NCBI RefSeq assembly: GCF_009914755.1
Contig: NC_060926.1
Length of the DNA: 64,000 bases
Source: the human T2T-CHM13v2.0 reference genome, Homo sapiens
Direction: 5' to 3' (one strand)
The position numbers were made by a program, and so were the translations under genes. Below the pieces are notes generated by a model. The model worked only from the letters and a program-made list of their open reading frames with translations, did no database searches and was not told where the DNA came from. Below, piece by piece: positions 13,117-26,990 of this stretch; within the stretch, counting starts at the first letter, position 1; each line of letters begins with the position of its first letter.

Positions 13117-15112
13117 TAAATATATATATTATAATATATATATTTAAAATATATATAATAATATATAAAATATTACATATAAATTAATATATTATTATAA
13201 ATTAATATATTAATATAATAATGTATATTTAACTATATAATATAATATATTATTACATATATATTATATTAATTATGTACAATTATATTATGTAATTAAA
13301 TTATATAATTCTGTAATATGTGTATATATGATGTATATATGTAATTATGTAATTATATGAAATATAATTACATAAATATTAAATAAATATATAATATATG
13401 AATATATATTATATAAATATATACATAATGTATATAGGTAATTATGTAGTTATATTAAATATGTACAATTAATATAAATAAAGCAAAAGGTGAAAGGAAT
13501 ATATATTATATATATTTCAAACATATATAAGAATATATTTGAAATATAATATGATATAAATTAATATATTAATATTAATATAAATCAATATATTAATATA
13601 TTAATATAATACATTTAAATACATATTATATAATATAAAATACATTATTATATTATACATTATATGATATAAAATACATTATTATATTATACATTATATG
13701 ATATAAAATACATTATTATATTATACATTATGTGATATACAATACATTATTATATTATACATTATGTGATATACAATACATTATATTATACATTATATGA
13801 TATACAATACATTATTATATTATATATTATATGATATACAATACATTATTATATTATATATTATATGATATACAATACATTATTTTATTATATATTATAT
13901 GATATACAATACATTATTATATATTATATGATATAAAATACATTATTATATTATATATTATATGATATAAAATACATTATATATTATATATTATATGATA
14001 TAAAATACATTATATATTCTATATTATATGATATAAAATACATTATATATTCTATATTATATGATATAAAATACATTATATATTCTATATTATATGATAT
14101 AAAATACATTATATATTCTATATTATATGATATAAAATACATTATATATTCTATATTATATGATATAAAATACATTATATATTCTATATTATATGATATA
14201 AAATACATTATATATTCTATATTATATGATATAAAATACATTATATATTCTATATTATATGATATAAAATACATCATACTCTATATTATATGATATAAAA
14301 TACATCATACTCTATATTATATGATATAAAATACATCATACTCTATATTATATGATATAAAATACATCATACTCTATATTATATGATATAAAATACATCA
14401 TACTCTATATTATATGATATAAAATACATCATACTCTATATTATATGATATAAAATACATCATACTCTATATTATATGATATAAAATACATCATACTCTA
14501 TATTATATGATATAAAATACATCATACTCTATATTATATGATATAAAATACATCATGTTCTATTATATGATATAAAATACATTATATATTATATGATATA
14601 AAATACATTATATTATATATTATATAATATATAGTGTCTTTTATATTATCTAATATGTAATATAATGTATTTTATATTATGTATTTTATATTATATAATA
14701 TATAATATAATGTATTTTATATTATATGTTATATAATATATAGTGCATTATATATTATGTTATATTATATATATTTTATTTATATAAATTATATATTATA
14801 TGTTATTTTATATATATTATATAACATATAATATAACAATGCATTATATATTATAAAATATATAATACATTACATATATTATATAATATATAATACATTA
14901 CATATATTATATAATATATAATACATTATCATATATTACAAATATTACATTAGTATAATAGTAATTATAATATAATATATTATATATTACATATATTATA
15001 TTAATGTAATAGTAATTATAATATAATATATATTATATTTTATATTATAATAACATAGAATTTTAAATATATATTATTATAACATATTTAAAATATATAT
15101 ATATGTATATAT
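13117..15112. repeat. ~2-kb AT-rich low-complexity tract containing a 31-34-bp VNTR
   Basis: Core ATATTATATGATATAAAATACAT; 8 copies of a 33-mer (...TATATATTCT) followed by 9 copies of a 31-mer (...CATACTCT) plus one variant. Confidence 0.97.
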
Positions 15113-15199
15113 TCACATGAAAAGATGGGAAAAAAAACTTATTTACTCCAAAATTCTATGACAGAGTTGCAGATATGAAAACATCATCCTGGTGACTGC

Positions 15200-15685
15200 T
15201 GTAGTGAGGTTCTCGATTTTTCTATAGCTCTTGTGTCTAAGTCTTAGGGTCATCACAGCCTGTAAACCCTCCCTGGGTTTGGCACGTGACCTGCTTTGGC
15301 CAACAGGACAATCACAAATGCAACATAAGAGATACCTGAAATGTTCTTTACATGGGGGCACACTCTCATTGCTATCCTGGGAGCCCACTTGACATGTGCC
15401 TGAAGCCTAGGCTAGCCTGCTGGGTGAGGAGACACACAGCCCTATCATAGCCAATAACATGGCAGCCTGCTGATTTGCCACGGAGCAGGTGGGTAACCCT
15501 CTCAGGGCCAGCCAGGATCAGCCAGCTGGACTGAACGGAGACCTGTCAGCAAGCATAGACAACATAGCCTGCCCCAGCTCAGGTCAGCAAAAGTATCCAG
15601 TTCACCAGTCAACTTGTGAGGACCAACAGATGAGTGTTGTTTTAAGCCACTGAAATTGGAGTTGGTTTGTCAACAGTAAACAATA
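15200..15685 (+). mobile_element. MLT1 (G/H-type) MaLR LTR
   Basis: CACGTGACCTGCTTTGGCCAACAGGA...AAGCCTAGGCTAGCCTGCTGG...TGTTGTTTTAAGCCACTGAAATTGGAGTTGGTTTGT. Confidence 0.75.
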
Positions 15686-16810
15686 AAATGTTAATCTCAC
15701 AATCTGTTTGAATATAATAATGTTTAATAAAATGTTGTCATGTGCTGTTCCTGTTATTTCAATTAGTTAAGGCTGTCTTCTATATAACCTACTATATAAA
15801 GTTCATTTTCATTTTAATACCAATCAGTGAGATGTTTTATTTTCTATTATAAAAGTCTGATTCCCATTTTTCAATTAAAGTGAATATTTTAGTACATATT
15901 ACTTAATGCAACTTGTTAGAATAAAATACAAAAAAATCAATAAATTTTCCAGATATTGATTTATGTTTTAAATAACCTCTAAAAACAAAAATAAATTTAT
16001 ATTCAGTTAGTCTTTGCTTTTTTAAATTGGGCAATGTAATGTATGATTACAATTTAAAATTGTTAATAAAGTGAAAAGAATAGTAGAAATACATGATATT
16101 CTTTGGTAAATATGTATACATGCATGTGTGCATGTATATGGAATAATTGTGTTCATGTTTTAGAAACTGTTTAATGTGAGATTAAATTTTCAAATTTCAC
16201 AAATTAGTTCACAGATTTCGTGAAACAACATGATCAAACTTTTCTCATGTATGCCATGTAAAAGAAAAAGAAAAGTTACTAAAAGCTTAATTGGTCCATG
16301 ACCTAGAATGTGATTTTATTTTTTAATAGGAGGTAGAATATACTAAACATTTTATGCAATGAAGTAAGATGAGGATTGACTATAATTAGAATGAATGTTT
16401 CATAATATGATTTGATAAAATAGATTTGAACTACTTTTTTTTGAAGAAGCACATTCATTCTAAAATAGATCATAAAATTGCTATTCATAGCATTTTTTCT
16501 CAGCTACATTCAAAAGAATGAGCATGGCCAACCAGTATTGATTACTTCTTTAAAGGTGATTGCCTTTTCTAGGGATGGGTGTTGACAGTAGCTGGAAAAA
16601 TTCCTTATACTTAAGTATAGGAAAAAGCCATTTAAATGCCAGAATTTTATAAAACTGCCAAATAAAGATATCTCAAAACTTTTTGTGAGAAATTTAAGCT
16701 TGTTTCCAGGAACATAATATTTTGTATCAGTTTTTTTTTTTAACATACTTCAATGACAGAATAGATTTTATGTTTGAAATAGCAACATCCAATTCCTGAC
16801 AAACTGCATA

Positions 16811-17584
<774 letters not shown>

Positions 17585-17611
17585 AATTTAATGCATAGTC
17601 CATATTTTTAA

Positions 17612-17880
17612 TATATTTTTTAAACTTTTATTTTAGGTTCAGGGGTACATGTACAGGTTTGTTATTTGGGGAAATTGTGTGTCGCTGGGGTTGGGGGTAC
17701 CCAGGTAATAAGTATGGTACTCGATAGGGCATTTTTCCATTCTCACTCTCCTCCTACCCTCGCCCTCAAGGAGGCTCAAGGGTCTCTTGTTCTCTTCTTT
17801 GTGTCTATGTGTACTCGATGTTTAGCTTTCACTTATAAGTGAGAACAGGTGGTATGTGGTTTTCTGTTCCCGTGTTAGTC
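17612..17880 (-). mobile_element. L1PA15/16-like 3' end
   Basis: AACTTTTATTTTAGGTTCAGGGGTACATGTACAGGTTTGTTA...CACTTATAAGTGAGAAC. Confidence 0.8.
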
Positions 17881-19581
17881 ACCTCAGTTTAATTCAAAAT
17901 AGCGTGAAAGCTCTTATTTACAGAACATGCGTGCATTTGTGGAGTGGCCGTCCTGCTGCTGGCTTAGGCACCACCTAAAGAACATGTGGCTGCAGGGGGA
18001 AGCATCAGATGCTGAATATGAAGATAGCACATCATGACCACTGCTTGGGGCTGCGCCTGACGGGATCCCCCCTGTGGCCCCCCTGCACTGGCACAGCTGA
18101 GCAACTGCACGCTAAGTAAAGTGTCGGTCCCACTTTGGGTACCTCAAGAATAGCTGCATGGCTGCTACATGGTTCCCTTTGCCACAGCAAGCAGCAGTGT
18201 GCTCTGCGGCTGCCTGGTAGCACTTCCCTAGATAACGTCAGAGTGTTGTGGTTGAGTCCCCAGTGCTCCATGTCAGCCACTGAGCTCTAGGGCAGCAGGG
18301 ATCATATGTACAAACCCCTTGCTCCCGCTCCGGAACCAGCCTCTAAAGCACCTGGGATGCGGCTGCTGGCCATGGAAGCTGCTAGACAGGTGTGGACTGG
18401 TGAGCATCTCATGGCACATCTGTGCCCCATCTGCAAGAGCGAGCCATGGGGTCCTGCTTGGAAGCCGTGAGTTAGACTACCTTCCTGTCCATTAGGCCAA
18501 ACACAAAACTCTTCTGCAGATGAACATTCGATGCCTTCTCTTGGCGTACCAAAATAACATGAAACTCATTTGCCTTCCTGGGTTTGACTCCAGCCATCCT
18601 TAATATTTTTGTTTCTTACTCCTTTCCCGCATTATGCTCCAGTCGAATGAAAGGCTTCTTATACCATGTGCTGTCTGATCAATAAAGTATTGTACATATG
18701 AATTATTCTGTCTGTATCTTCCTCCCCACTTTCCCTACCTATTGAACTTTGTTCTTATTTAAATTTAGCTAAACTGTGACTTTGGTCATCACTCCACAAA
18801 TTCTAAAAATATTTTGTATTTTTACAACTCATTGCATATTATCTTAGATTACACTTTTGTTTTAAACGTATTTTGCTCTTTTTCTGGAGAATCTACGGGA
18901 GATTCTGATTGATTTGTGGGCCCCTTAATGCCTGTTGCAAAATACATACTCAGTAAGTAATTATTGAGTATAGATTAAATTGTCATAAAACCGTAAACTA
19001 GCTAAATGGGGTACTTGAAAAACATTTATTTTATGTTCTGTCAATTTATATCCCACTTTAAATTGTTTTATCCTACTGAGAAATGGATACAATGTGCTTA
19101 CTGACACACCTGCATACCTTGTGTAGTATCTGTACTAAGATATTTTCAGAAGCATCTGTCAAGACTCAGGTTTTGATGTTAGTAATATATCAAGTACAAG
19201 AGATTTCTTCATGCTTTCTTCATAATCTTTCACCATATTCTGTAAGGCACCATTTATAGAAAATCTATTTCCCTCAAAGAAGAAAATCTCTACCAGGAAC
19301 TTATATATGAGTACAACTTAAATAATGCAATTCATTTCAATAACAGCATAACTATTATTATTATGAATGGTTAAGTCCTGCCTCAACTATTTACTAAATA
19401 GCTAACCTTCATTTTTATATACTTTTTTCTGAATCTCAGATTCTTCATACATTGTAGTTGATTAATCACAGCAAACAGGACAGATGCTTATCTTTATGAG
19501 CAAATAAAGCTGAACATTTTTGTTTTAGATGACACCCCCAGGTCATAGGGTAATAGTGAGAATTAAATTTAAAAATGGTGT

Positions 19582-19622
19582 TTGTGCATGTGTGAGTGTG
19601 TGTGTATGTGTGTGTGTGTGTG
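19582..19622. repeat. Imperfect (TG)n microsatellite
   Basis: TGTGCATGTGTGAGTGTGTGTGTATGTGTGTGTGTGTGTG. Confidence 0.85.
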
Positions 19623-21499
19623 CTTTGTTGGTTATCTACCAGGCACTAAAAATGTTACTACATTTTTCTCTTTCTGACATAAGCGAGATGTGACATTTCT
19701 CTTAAAAACATGTTACTCTTTCTGATGTTCAGCTATTTTTGTACTTGTACCTTTTATCATCACACAAGATGCCCAAGAAAATTTGAATATAACGTTTTCC
19801 AGTAAAATCAACTTTTCAACCTCTAAAAGTTATTTTTGTGTGTGTGGAGGTACACTCAACAGTAAGTGTATTAGGGAAAAGGGTTGCGAGGGTGTGTGTG
19901 TGTATGCGTGTGTTTTAAGAAGCAAAACATTTTAACCTCTTGACCTACTTGTAGGGGTTGTGGGGTTTTAAAAGTATTTTCTCATCAGACCTGATAGGGA
20001 ATATGTGAGAAGCACGCCCATGTGGGTTGTAGCCATCCTTGCCAGGTTATGAATATAGACTGAATTGATTTCTCCTGATGGCTGTTCCTTCAACTAGGAG
20101 AGAATAGGAAGGATGTTTGTCAGAGTCCGAGGTTTGGCCTCTCTTGCTTTGTGGCAAGCAGAGACCCTATAGGGTCCAGGAGCTAAAAACATTTGACAGG
20201 AATGAGATAAAACATTTGGTAAAGTGGTGTTTCTTGCACATTATGAAAATTGGACCAGTGATGTGCTGCTCCACCTTAGAAAGGAGAAAAGTAGCAGATT
20301 TAAAGGGAGAGGTTACTTCCAGAATGGAGTTCCCTAAGTAATTTCTGCTGTGCACGGGAACAGAGCACCAGAGTGTGGGTGAACTACCTTTCCTAAGACG
20401 CCTTCACTCATGCTGTCCAGCATCCCATGCACATGTGTATATGCTCTCCTGCATGCATGTGTGTGTATGTGTCTATTGACATTTGTTATATTCTTAATAA
20501 CTAAAAAATAAGTCACTATCACATATCTGTAACTGAAAATGCTGAAAACGTTACTGATTTTTACTTATAGGATATTTGACACATATTTTCAAATATTGAT
20601 GATTAGTTAGAAGTATTTGAAAATTTAAATATTAAACCTGTATCAGAAATTTGTGTTTTACCCTGAATTATTTTAGCTATTTCATTTAACTTTGTTTCTC
20701 ATACCTCTTTTTAAGTAAGTAAACTCCTTCTAATTTAAGATCTTCAGATCTGAGTTGAAATTTTTGGATTTTCCTTGGCTAATTAAGATCAGCAAGACAT
20801 AAATAAGGTTTCAGTTTTTAAAAAATGTTGTGAAACAGAGTGTTTTACTATTTAAAGTTCATCCTAAGAAAGGCAAAGTTTAGTTTTCTTTATTGAACAA
20901 CCTTAGTAGTCATGCTGTGTACAATTGACTCAGGTTTATTGTGAGAAAGTCATGGCATATAGATTGTGGTGGTGTTCATCTTGAAGCAGGTACTTCATCT
21001 TATTTATTTGGACTCCATACTGTCCAGCACCGTGCTTCCTATCTAGGATAAGCTTCCTAGCCTTTTGGTAACTTATACATGAATAAATAAAAATATTCTT
21101 AATGTATGTTTATTCAAAAATGTCCATTTCTTGAACTCAATGATCATTTCAGTATACCTTCTTTCTCAATTAAGTTAACTGTCTACAGTGGTGGGATGAG
21201 GAGCTCTGAGTGCTGACATGTCATAGGGATTGGCACCTCCCCAAATTGACAGGAATAAGAAGAACCTGGAGGCTGGGAAACAAACTTTAAGACTGAATAA
21301 ATAGTACACATCCTGACCAAGGCTGAGGCAGAGAGGAGGACCAGGAGCTGTCAGATTAAAGGAGATCTCAGAGGCAGAACCAACTAGTTCGGTTCCATGC
21401 CATGGATAAGAACATGGGAGATGAGGATGCATTCAGTCTTGGGTGATGCCGTCAGCACTGTTAACTGAGATAAAGTCTATTTAATCCTCATTGCAGGTG

Positions 21500-21680
21500 A
21501 AAATCTAGATCTGTGGAAAATGAGGATGATGAGTATGATTTAAACAATTTAGGGAGACTCCAGAAGACATGAATTTATGGGAGATCCAAGAAACTGCCTT
21601 CAAGGCAACTAGCATTATGGATTTTAACTTGGAAGAGAAATTAGGGATAGACATTTTACAGTTATCAACTGAAAGCCTGA
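21500..21680 (-). mobile_element. L2 fragment (degenerate)
   Basis: GATGATGAGTATGATTT...GGGAGATCCAAG...AGGCAACTAG resemble the antisense L2 body. Confidence 0.4.
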
Positions 21681-22864
21681 GAATATGTAAATCCAACATT
21701 TTCATTTTTGGTTTTGTTGAAAGCGTCTCAGGTTGGTCGTGCTTTGAGTTGTCACACTCTATGTGTCCCCTCCACACTAGTGTATTCTCCTGGGCTGGTT
21801 ATGTTTAATGAACTCCTATTGCTGAAGTTCTGGGTCCTCCCACATGGTCCAACCTCGCAGGTGTCCTAAGGAACTCCTAATGAGATTGGGTGAGGTCCGT
21901 GGGCAGCTCTAGGTATACAGTCAGTTTGCCTTCTCTCTTTGCTTTCCACCTCTGTAGTTACTGGATTTTTTTTTTTTTTCTGTTAATTCTCCCAAACACA
22001 GCTCATCTTATTCCCTTCTTTAGGAAACCTTCCCAACCTTCTGGTAGAGTTAGCTACTCCTGTTAGTTCTCAGAGTTTACATACCAGCCTCTTCTCTCCT
22101 TCTCTCTGGCAGGAGTCAAAGAGGAAGAGGAGCCCCTGCAGAAGCCAGTCTTGATCTGAGCAGTTCAGGCTCCTCAGCTTTTCCAATGGGCACTAGACCA
22201 GGGTTTTTTTTTTTTTCCAGAGCTGGCTTCCCAGGGCTTCAGTGCTACACAGGGCATGATGCATCACCTAGGCTGATGCACTGCCGTTAGCAGGTCTGCA
22301 GGATGCACCCTCCCATCTCAGCTCACATTAACCCTCCAATAGCAAACTCAGCCCTTTCCCCTCCAGGAGTTCTTGCTCTGTCATATAAGTCCCGCTCCCT
22401 CCTCCTGCTCAGGCCCTCTCCCAAGGGCACCAAGTGGGCCATGGATGACTCCGCCTGCAATTGCCAATTCCCACATGTGCTTGTGAGGTTTTTCTTTAAA
22501 ATGACGTTAGAAAATTGTAAGTGTCCATTGCAAAGACACCTGGGAGTGGACTCTGCTCATTTCAGATCAGTCAAACCCTCTGCATGTTGTCATCACATTG
22601 TACCTTTGTTCTTGTCACGGTCTCTCTGTAGTTCTAAGAATTCAGGAAACCTTTTTGTCTTTATCTTTCTCTCCACACTTCTCCAACCTGAACTTTGTCT
22701 CTTGGACTTTCTTCTTCATGCTGTTATTCCCACTAGGTTTTCTTTTCCTCTAAAGTGGACTCTCCCTCTGCGTTGCTCCATTACTCAATCATGGGTGTCA
22801 GTGCTCATGCCACTTTATACAGGCCCATCATGGCCTATTCTAATTGCCCTGCTTCCAGGTAAGT

Positions 22865-22968
22865 GTGCCTGCAGCTCTTTTGGAGCACTATGTCTTGCAT
22901 CTTGCAATCTTACAGCTAGGGAATCTTGGTGTAAACTAAGTTGCTCAATAAATGTTTGTTGAATGAAT
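22865..22968 (+). mobile_element. L2 3' terminus
   Basis: GCTCAATAAATGTTTGTTGAATGAAT is the canonical L2 end. Confidence 0.75.
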
Positions 22969-23134
22969 CCTAGATTGTATATAGTAAATGTTCTTTTATC
23001 TCTCAAACCTAAAGTACAGCAGTTGAGTACAAAATATTTTTTTGAAATGGTCTAAAAAACTCTCTTCATGTTCAATGTTTTCAACATTTATGTAATTTAA
23101 CATGTATGTAATAAATGTTAAAAACATTGAATAG

Positions 23135-23440
23135 TTTGCTGAGAATGATGGTTTCCAGCTTCATCCATGTCCCTACAAAGGACATGAACTCATCCTTTTT
23201 TATGGCTACATAGTATTCCATGAACAATGAGAACACATGGACACAGGAAGGGGAACATCACACACCGGGGACTGTTGTGGGGTGGGGGGAGTGGGGAGGG
23301 ATAGCATTAGGAGATATACCTAATGCTAAATGACGAGTTAATGGGTGCAGCACACAAACATGGCACATGTATACATATGTAACAAACCTGCACGTTGTGC
23401 ACATGTACCCTAAAACTTAAAGTATAATAATAAAAAAAAA
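23135..23440 (+). mobile_element. Young 5'-truncated, 5'-inverted L1PA2/3-like insertion
   Basis: Antisense 23135-23222 plus sense 23221-23440 (GGAGATATACCTAATGCTAAATGACGAG...CCCTAAAACTTAAAGTATAATAA); perfect 15-bp TSD AAAAACATTGAATAG (23120-23134, 23436-23450) at a TT/AAAA site. Confidence 0.95.
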
Positions 23441-23693
23441 CATTGAATAGAAAAGTAGATGGAATGCCTTGTTTTTTAAATTGTCTACATTTTGACATTC
23501 TCTCATAAATGATTCCAAACTGCTCCCAAATATACATGTCTCCTTTCATTCAATTAACTTTACTTTCAACTACTCCTAATAACAATAACTAACTGTCTAT
23601 TTTTGTGGTAATTTGCTTTTTGCTGCCGCCTGCAAGTCAGTTTCAGTTATCCTTGGACCTTTGTTTTCCATCTTAAGTAGGAAACTCCTAGGA

Positions 23694-23909
23694 AAGTGGT
23701 GTCCAGTAGAACTTTCTGGGGTGAGGGGAGCGTTCTCACCTGAGCTGTCTGTTCGAGGAGCTACTGGCCTCGTGTGGCTCTAGAACACTTGAAATGTGGC
23801 CAATCGCCTGAGATGTGGCTGAGAAACTGCATGTTTATTTTTATTTCCTTGTAATTAAAATAGGAATTTAAATAGCCACGTGGCTAGTGTTGGCCATATG
23901 GGACAGCAG
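23694..23909 (+). mobile_element. MER3 (hAT-Charlie) non-autonomous DNA transposon
   Basis: GTCCAGTAGAACTTTCTG...CACTTGAAATGTGGC...AAATAGCCACGTGGCTAGTG...GGACAGCAG; 8-bp TSD TCCTAGGA/TTCTAGGA. Confidence 0.8.
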
Positions 23910-24338
23910 TTCTAGGAGGCAGTGGTGCCTTGGCCACTCACGGTGAAAGCACAGTGCTGACAGTGACGTCATCAAGTACCGCAACCTCGTATGTTCCCTC
24001 ACATGTGCCTCTGTTTATCCTCCAAGAAACTGGGCCTTTGTAAAGAAATAGCTTTATTTGACTTTTTGAATTCACACAAAGATAACTTATTTTCAATTTC
24101 TGACAATTTTGCGGTCACTCTTGTATCCTGATGACAGAGTAAGTGACCATAAATAATTCATAGCATAAAGGCCAAGTAATTCTATTTAAATTTTTAAGCC
24201 TAAAAATCAGATTAAAAATTCAGTAGGTGATCTTTGGTGTTATTTCATTTTAAGTTGTGATTTGATGTTTTATCAGTAACTTTTTCTGGATTTATCAACA
24301 ACACAGTCATTAGAAAGTCTTTTTAAAAATGCATTCCA

Positions 24339-24650
<312 letters not shown>

Positions 24651-25063
24651 CAGCATTCCAGTATCTATCACCAAGTTTATATTTTTTAGTTAATAATTTT
24701 TCCTCTAGTTTTCTGACTTCTTAAAGATTAAAATAAAATTTATTTAATTTTTCCTGACCTGACCCTTCCTGGCAATCATCTACGTGGCAAGCAAAATCAT
24801 AGAGACAGGGCAGACGTATGCAGTGTGAAGATGTCTTCATTTATTCTCTGTTATAAAATCAGGAATAAATTACATGAGGGCAACACGCTTTTATTATCAT
24901 GTTCAAAACCCAAATGGATAATGCTAGGTTGCTATAAAGTCGAGGATCACTATCTGTCTCATTTTTAACACAGACATTTTGCTTTTAATGATGTGTTAAT
25001 GGGAGGAAACATGAATGCCATTCGTGTTATTCTTTGTTCTGGCTGAGGAATAACTGATATTAT

Positions 25064-25080
25064 CTAATGAATATGCAAAT
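25064..25080 (+). promoter_or_regulatory. Candidate POU heptamer-octamer composite site
   Basis: CTAATGAATATGCAAAT: perfect octamer ATGCAAAT with a heptamer-like CTAATGA at 2-bp spacing, in apparently unique sequence; motif only. Confidence 0.3.
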
Positions 25081-26749
25081 AACTCAAGGCCCCTTATTAA
25101 TTGTGTCTAAACCATCTGTTCCAGAAAAGAGCACTCGTATATCTGCCACATAACGCTATATGAATGCGTGCAGAGAACTGTTTAAGAAACTTGGAGAAGT
25201 TAATCTATATATTTTAATGAATCTATGGTTTCACCAGCATCAGTAAATGAGGCAGCTTTCCTAAAATGAAATTAGTTGTTCCAATGAGATTATATGGGAT
25301 TGAAATTTCACAAGAAAAATGCCAAGAAGAATATTAGTGTTTTAAAGTACCTAAACCACAAATTTTGGAATCCCAAGGTTTTTTAATAGAACCCAATTTA
25401 TGTGGACTTAATCCACAAAATTCAGTTCTGAGATAGGCATACATTGCCTGATGTATATACACGATTAGTGTAACATACTCATATTTATTCAGGGAACTTA
25501 CAATACGAATTGTTTTTCTGCTGGTATCTTATAAAAGGTAAATAACAGCTTTGAAAACATTTTTAAGGAAACATGAGATAAAATAGAAATCTTATGCCAG
25601 ATGTAAAGCACTTCTATAATTAAATTGCAAACAGTAAAAATGAATTGGAAATAAGTTTACTTCTATTTTTGCCTCACTTCTCTTCAAATTATAATTATTT
25701 AACCTCATTTTAGATGGTGGCAGACTGTTTTTCATAAATTCTGCTCCACAATTCAATTTGACTACATGGCTATCATAATTAAGTACAGAATTGTTATTTT
25801 TTTGTCTCCAGGAGTAAACAATAGGCGAAACAGGAAACAGTGTTTTACTTTATGTGTATCTCATTGTAAAGACACATGTTTTTCACCTCTTTGGATTACA
25901 GTCTATAACTCAAATATGATTTTATTTTATAAATAAGTCTGGCACTCATTTATATCCTAACTAATGGGCACTTTAACAAGTTTTTAAAAATCTCAAGTCA
26001 AAATTCTTTGCATAAGTAAACAAAGCATTGAACTTGTGATTTGTACTTGAAACAAAATAAAAAGTATTAATTTGATAAGATTTCTTCCCCACCGAATACA
26101 GCTTTGGCCAAGGTCTAGATTCAGGAACAAACTAATAACTTTTAAGTATAGAAAGTCAATTCTTTCCTAATACAAAGCTGAAAATTATTTTGGGGGTATT
26201 TCTTCAGGATTATGTAATACAGTCACATAATTATGGTGATATATTCATTACCACCCAAACTAATCTCTTAACAATTATAAAAATATTGTGCCCCTGTGTA
26301 CACACACATACAAAGAGACAATAATCATCTCTTTGGTGTTTATATTCAATCTTAGTACAATTAAATAGCATCTTTTTATAAAGTGTGGAGAAAGCAAACT
26401 TGGGACTCTGTTTCTAGGCTGTGTACAACCACAAGTTATGTGTGAGGTTTCTGGATGTCACAAAGTTTTTGTTAGTAGAAACAAAGTAATAACAATTGCC
26501 ACAGCCCACAGTGTGTGGTATGCTCAAAGAGCCAAGCAGAAAGTACAAAGAATAACTTTGAAAATTCAATATTTTCATATCCATGGAAGGTAGTATTTTA
26601 AAAATCACTAAAATATATATTAAATACATGCCCTAATGTTAGAATGCTCACTTTAAGCAATCTATGATATAAATATGTTTTCTCTGCATGTAACCTGACA
26701 CAAGCAGTCGCTATTAATGACCCTACTTTCTCCATTTGCAACATCTTGG

Positions 26750-26990
26750 GAACAGGAAGAATAGAAAGACATCTAATGTAATATGAAGATTATAGTTAAT
26801 AATATTATATTATATACTGAAGATATGATAAGACAGTAGATTTTTAGTGCTTTTACTGAACACACAGTAAAGCAAGCTATGTGAGATGACAGATGTGTTG
26901 ATTTGCTTGACAATGGTAACCATTTTAGTATGTATACCTACTATGTCAAAATAGCATGTTGTATGCCTTAAACATATACAATAAATAGTT
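26750..26990 (+). mobile_element. L1MA 3' end
   Basis: TATAGTTAATAATATTATATTATATACTGAA...CTATGTGAGATGA...CATGTTGTATGCCTTAAACATATACAATAAA. Confidence 0.75.

Noticed and set aside
13984-14560. Regular 31-33-bp repeats (CRISPR-like period) and a repetitive 97-aa ORF
   Set aside because: Head-to-tail tandem units with no unique spacers, no cas genes and a primate context; this is a minisatellite.
22303-22962. Longest ORF in the window (219 aa)
   Set aside because: No recognisable domain, Leu/Ser/Pro/Cys-rich composition typical of non-coding DNA, weak start context, and it ends inside an L2 terminus.
25790-25860. Strong-looking splice acceptor TTATTTTTTTGTCTCCAG
   Set aside because: No convincing paired donor or coding frame; isolated acceptors are common by chance.
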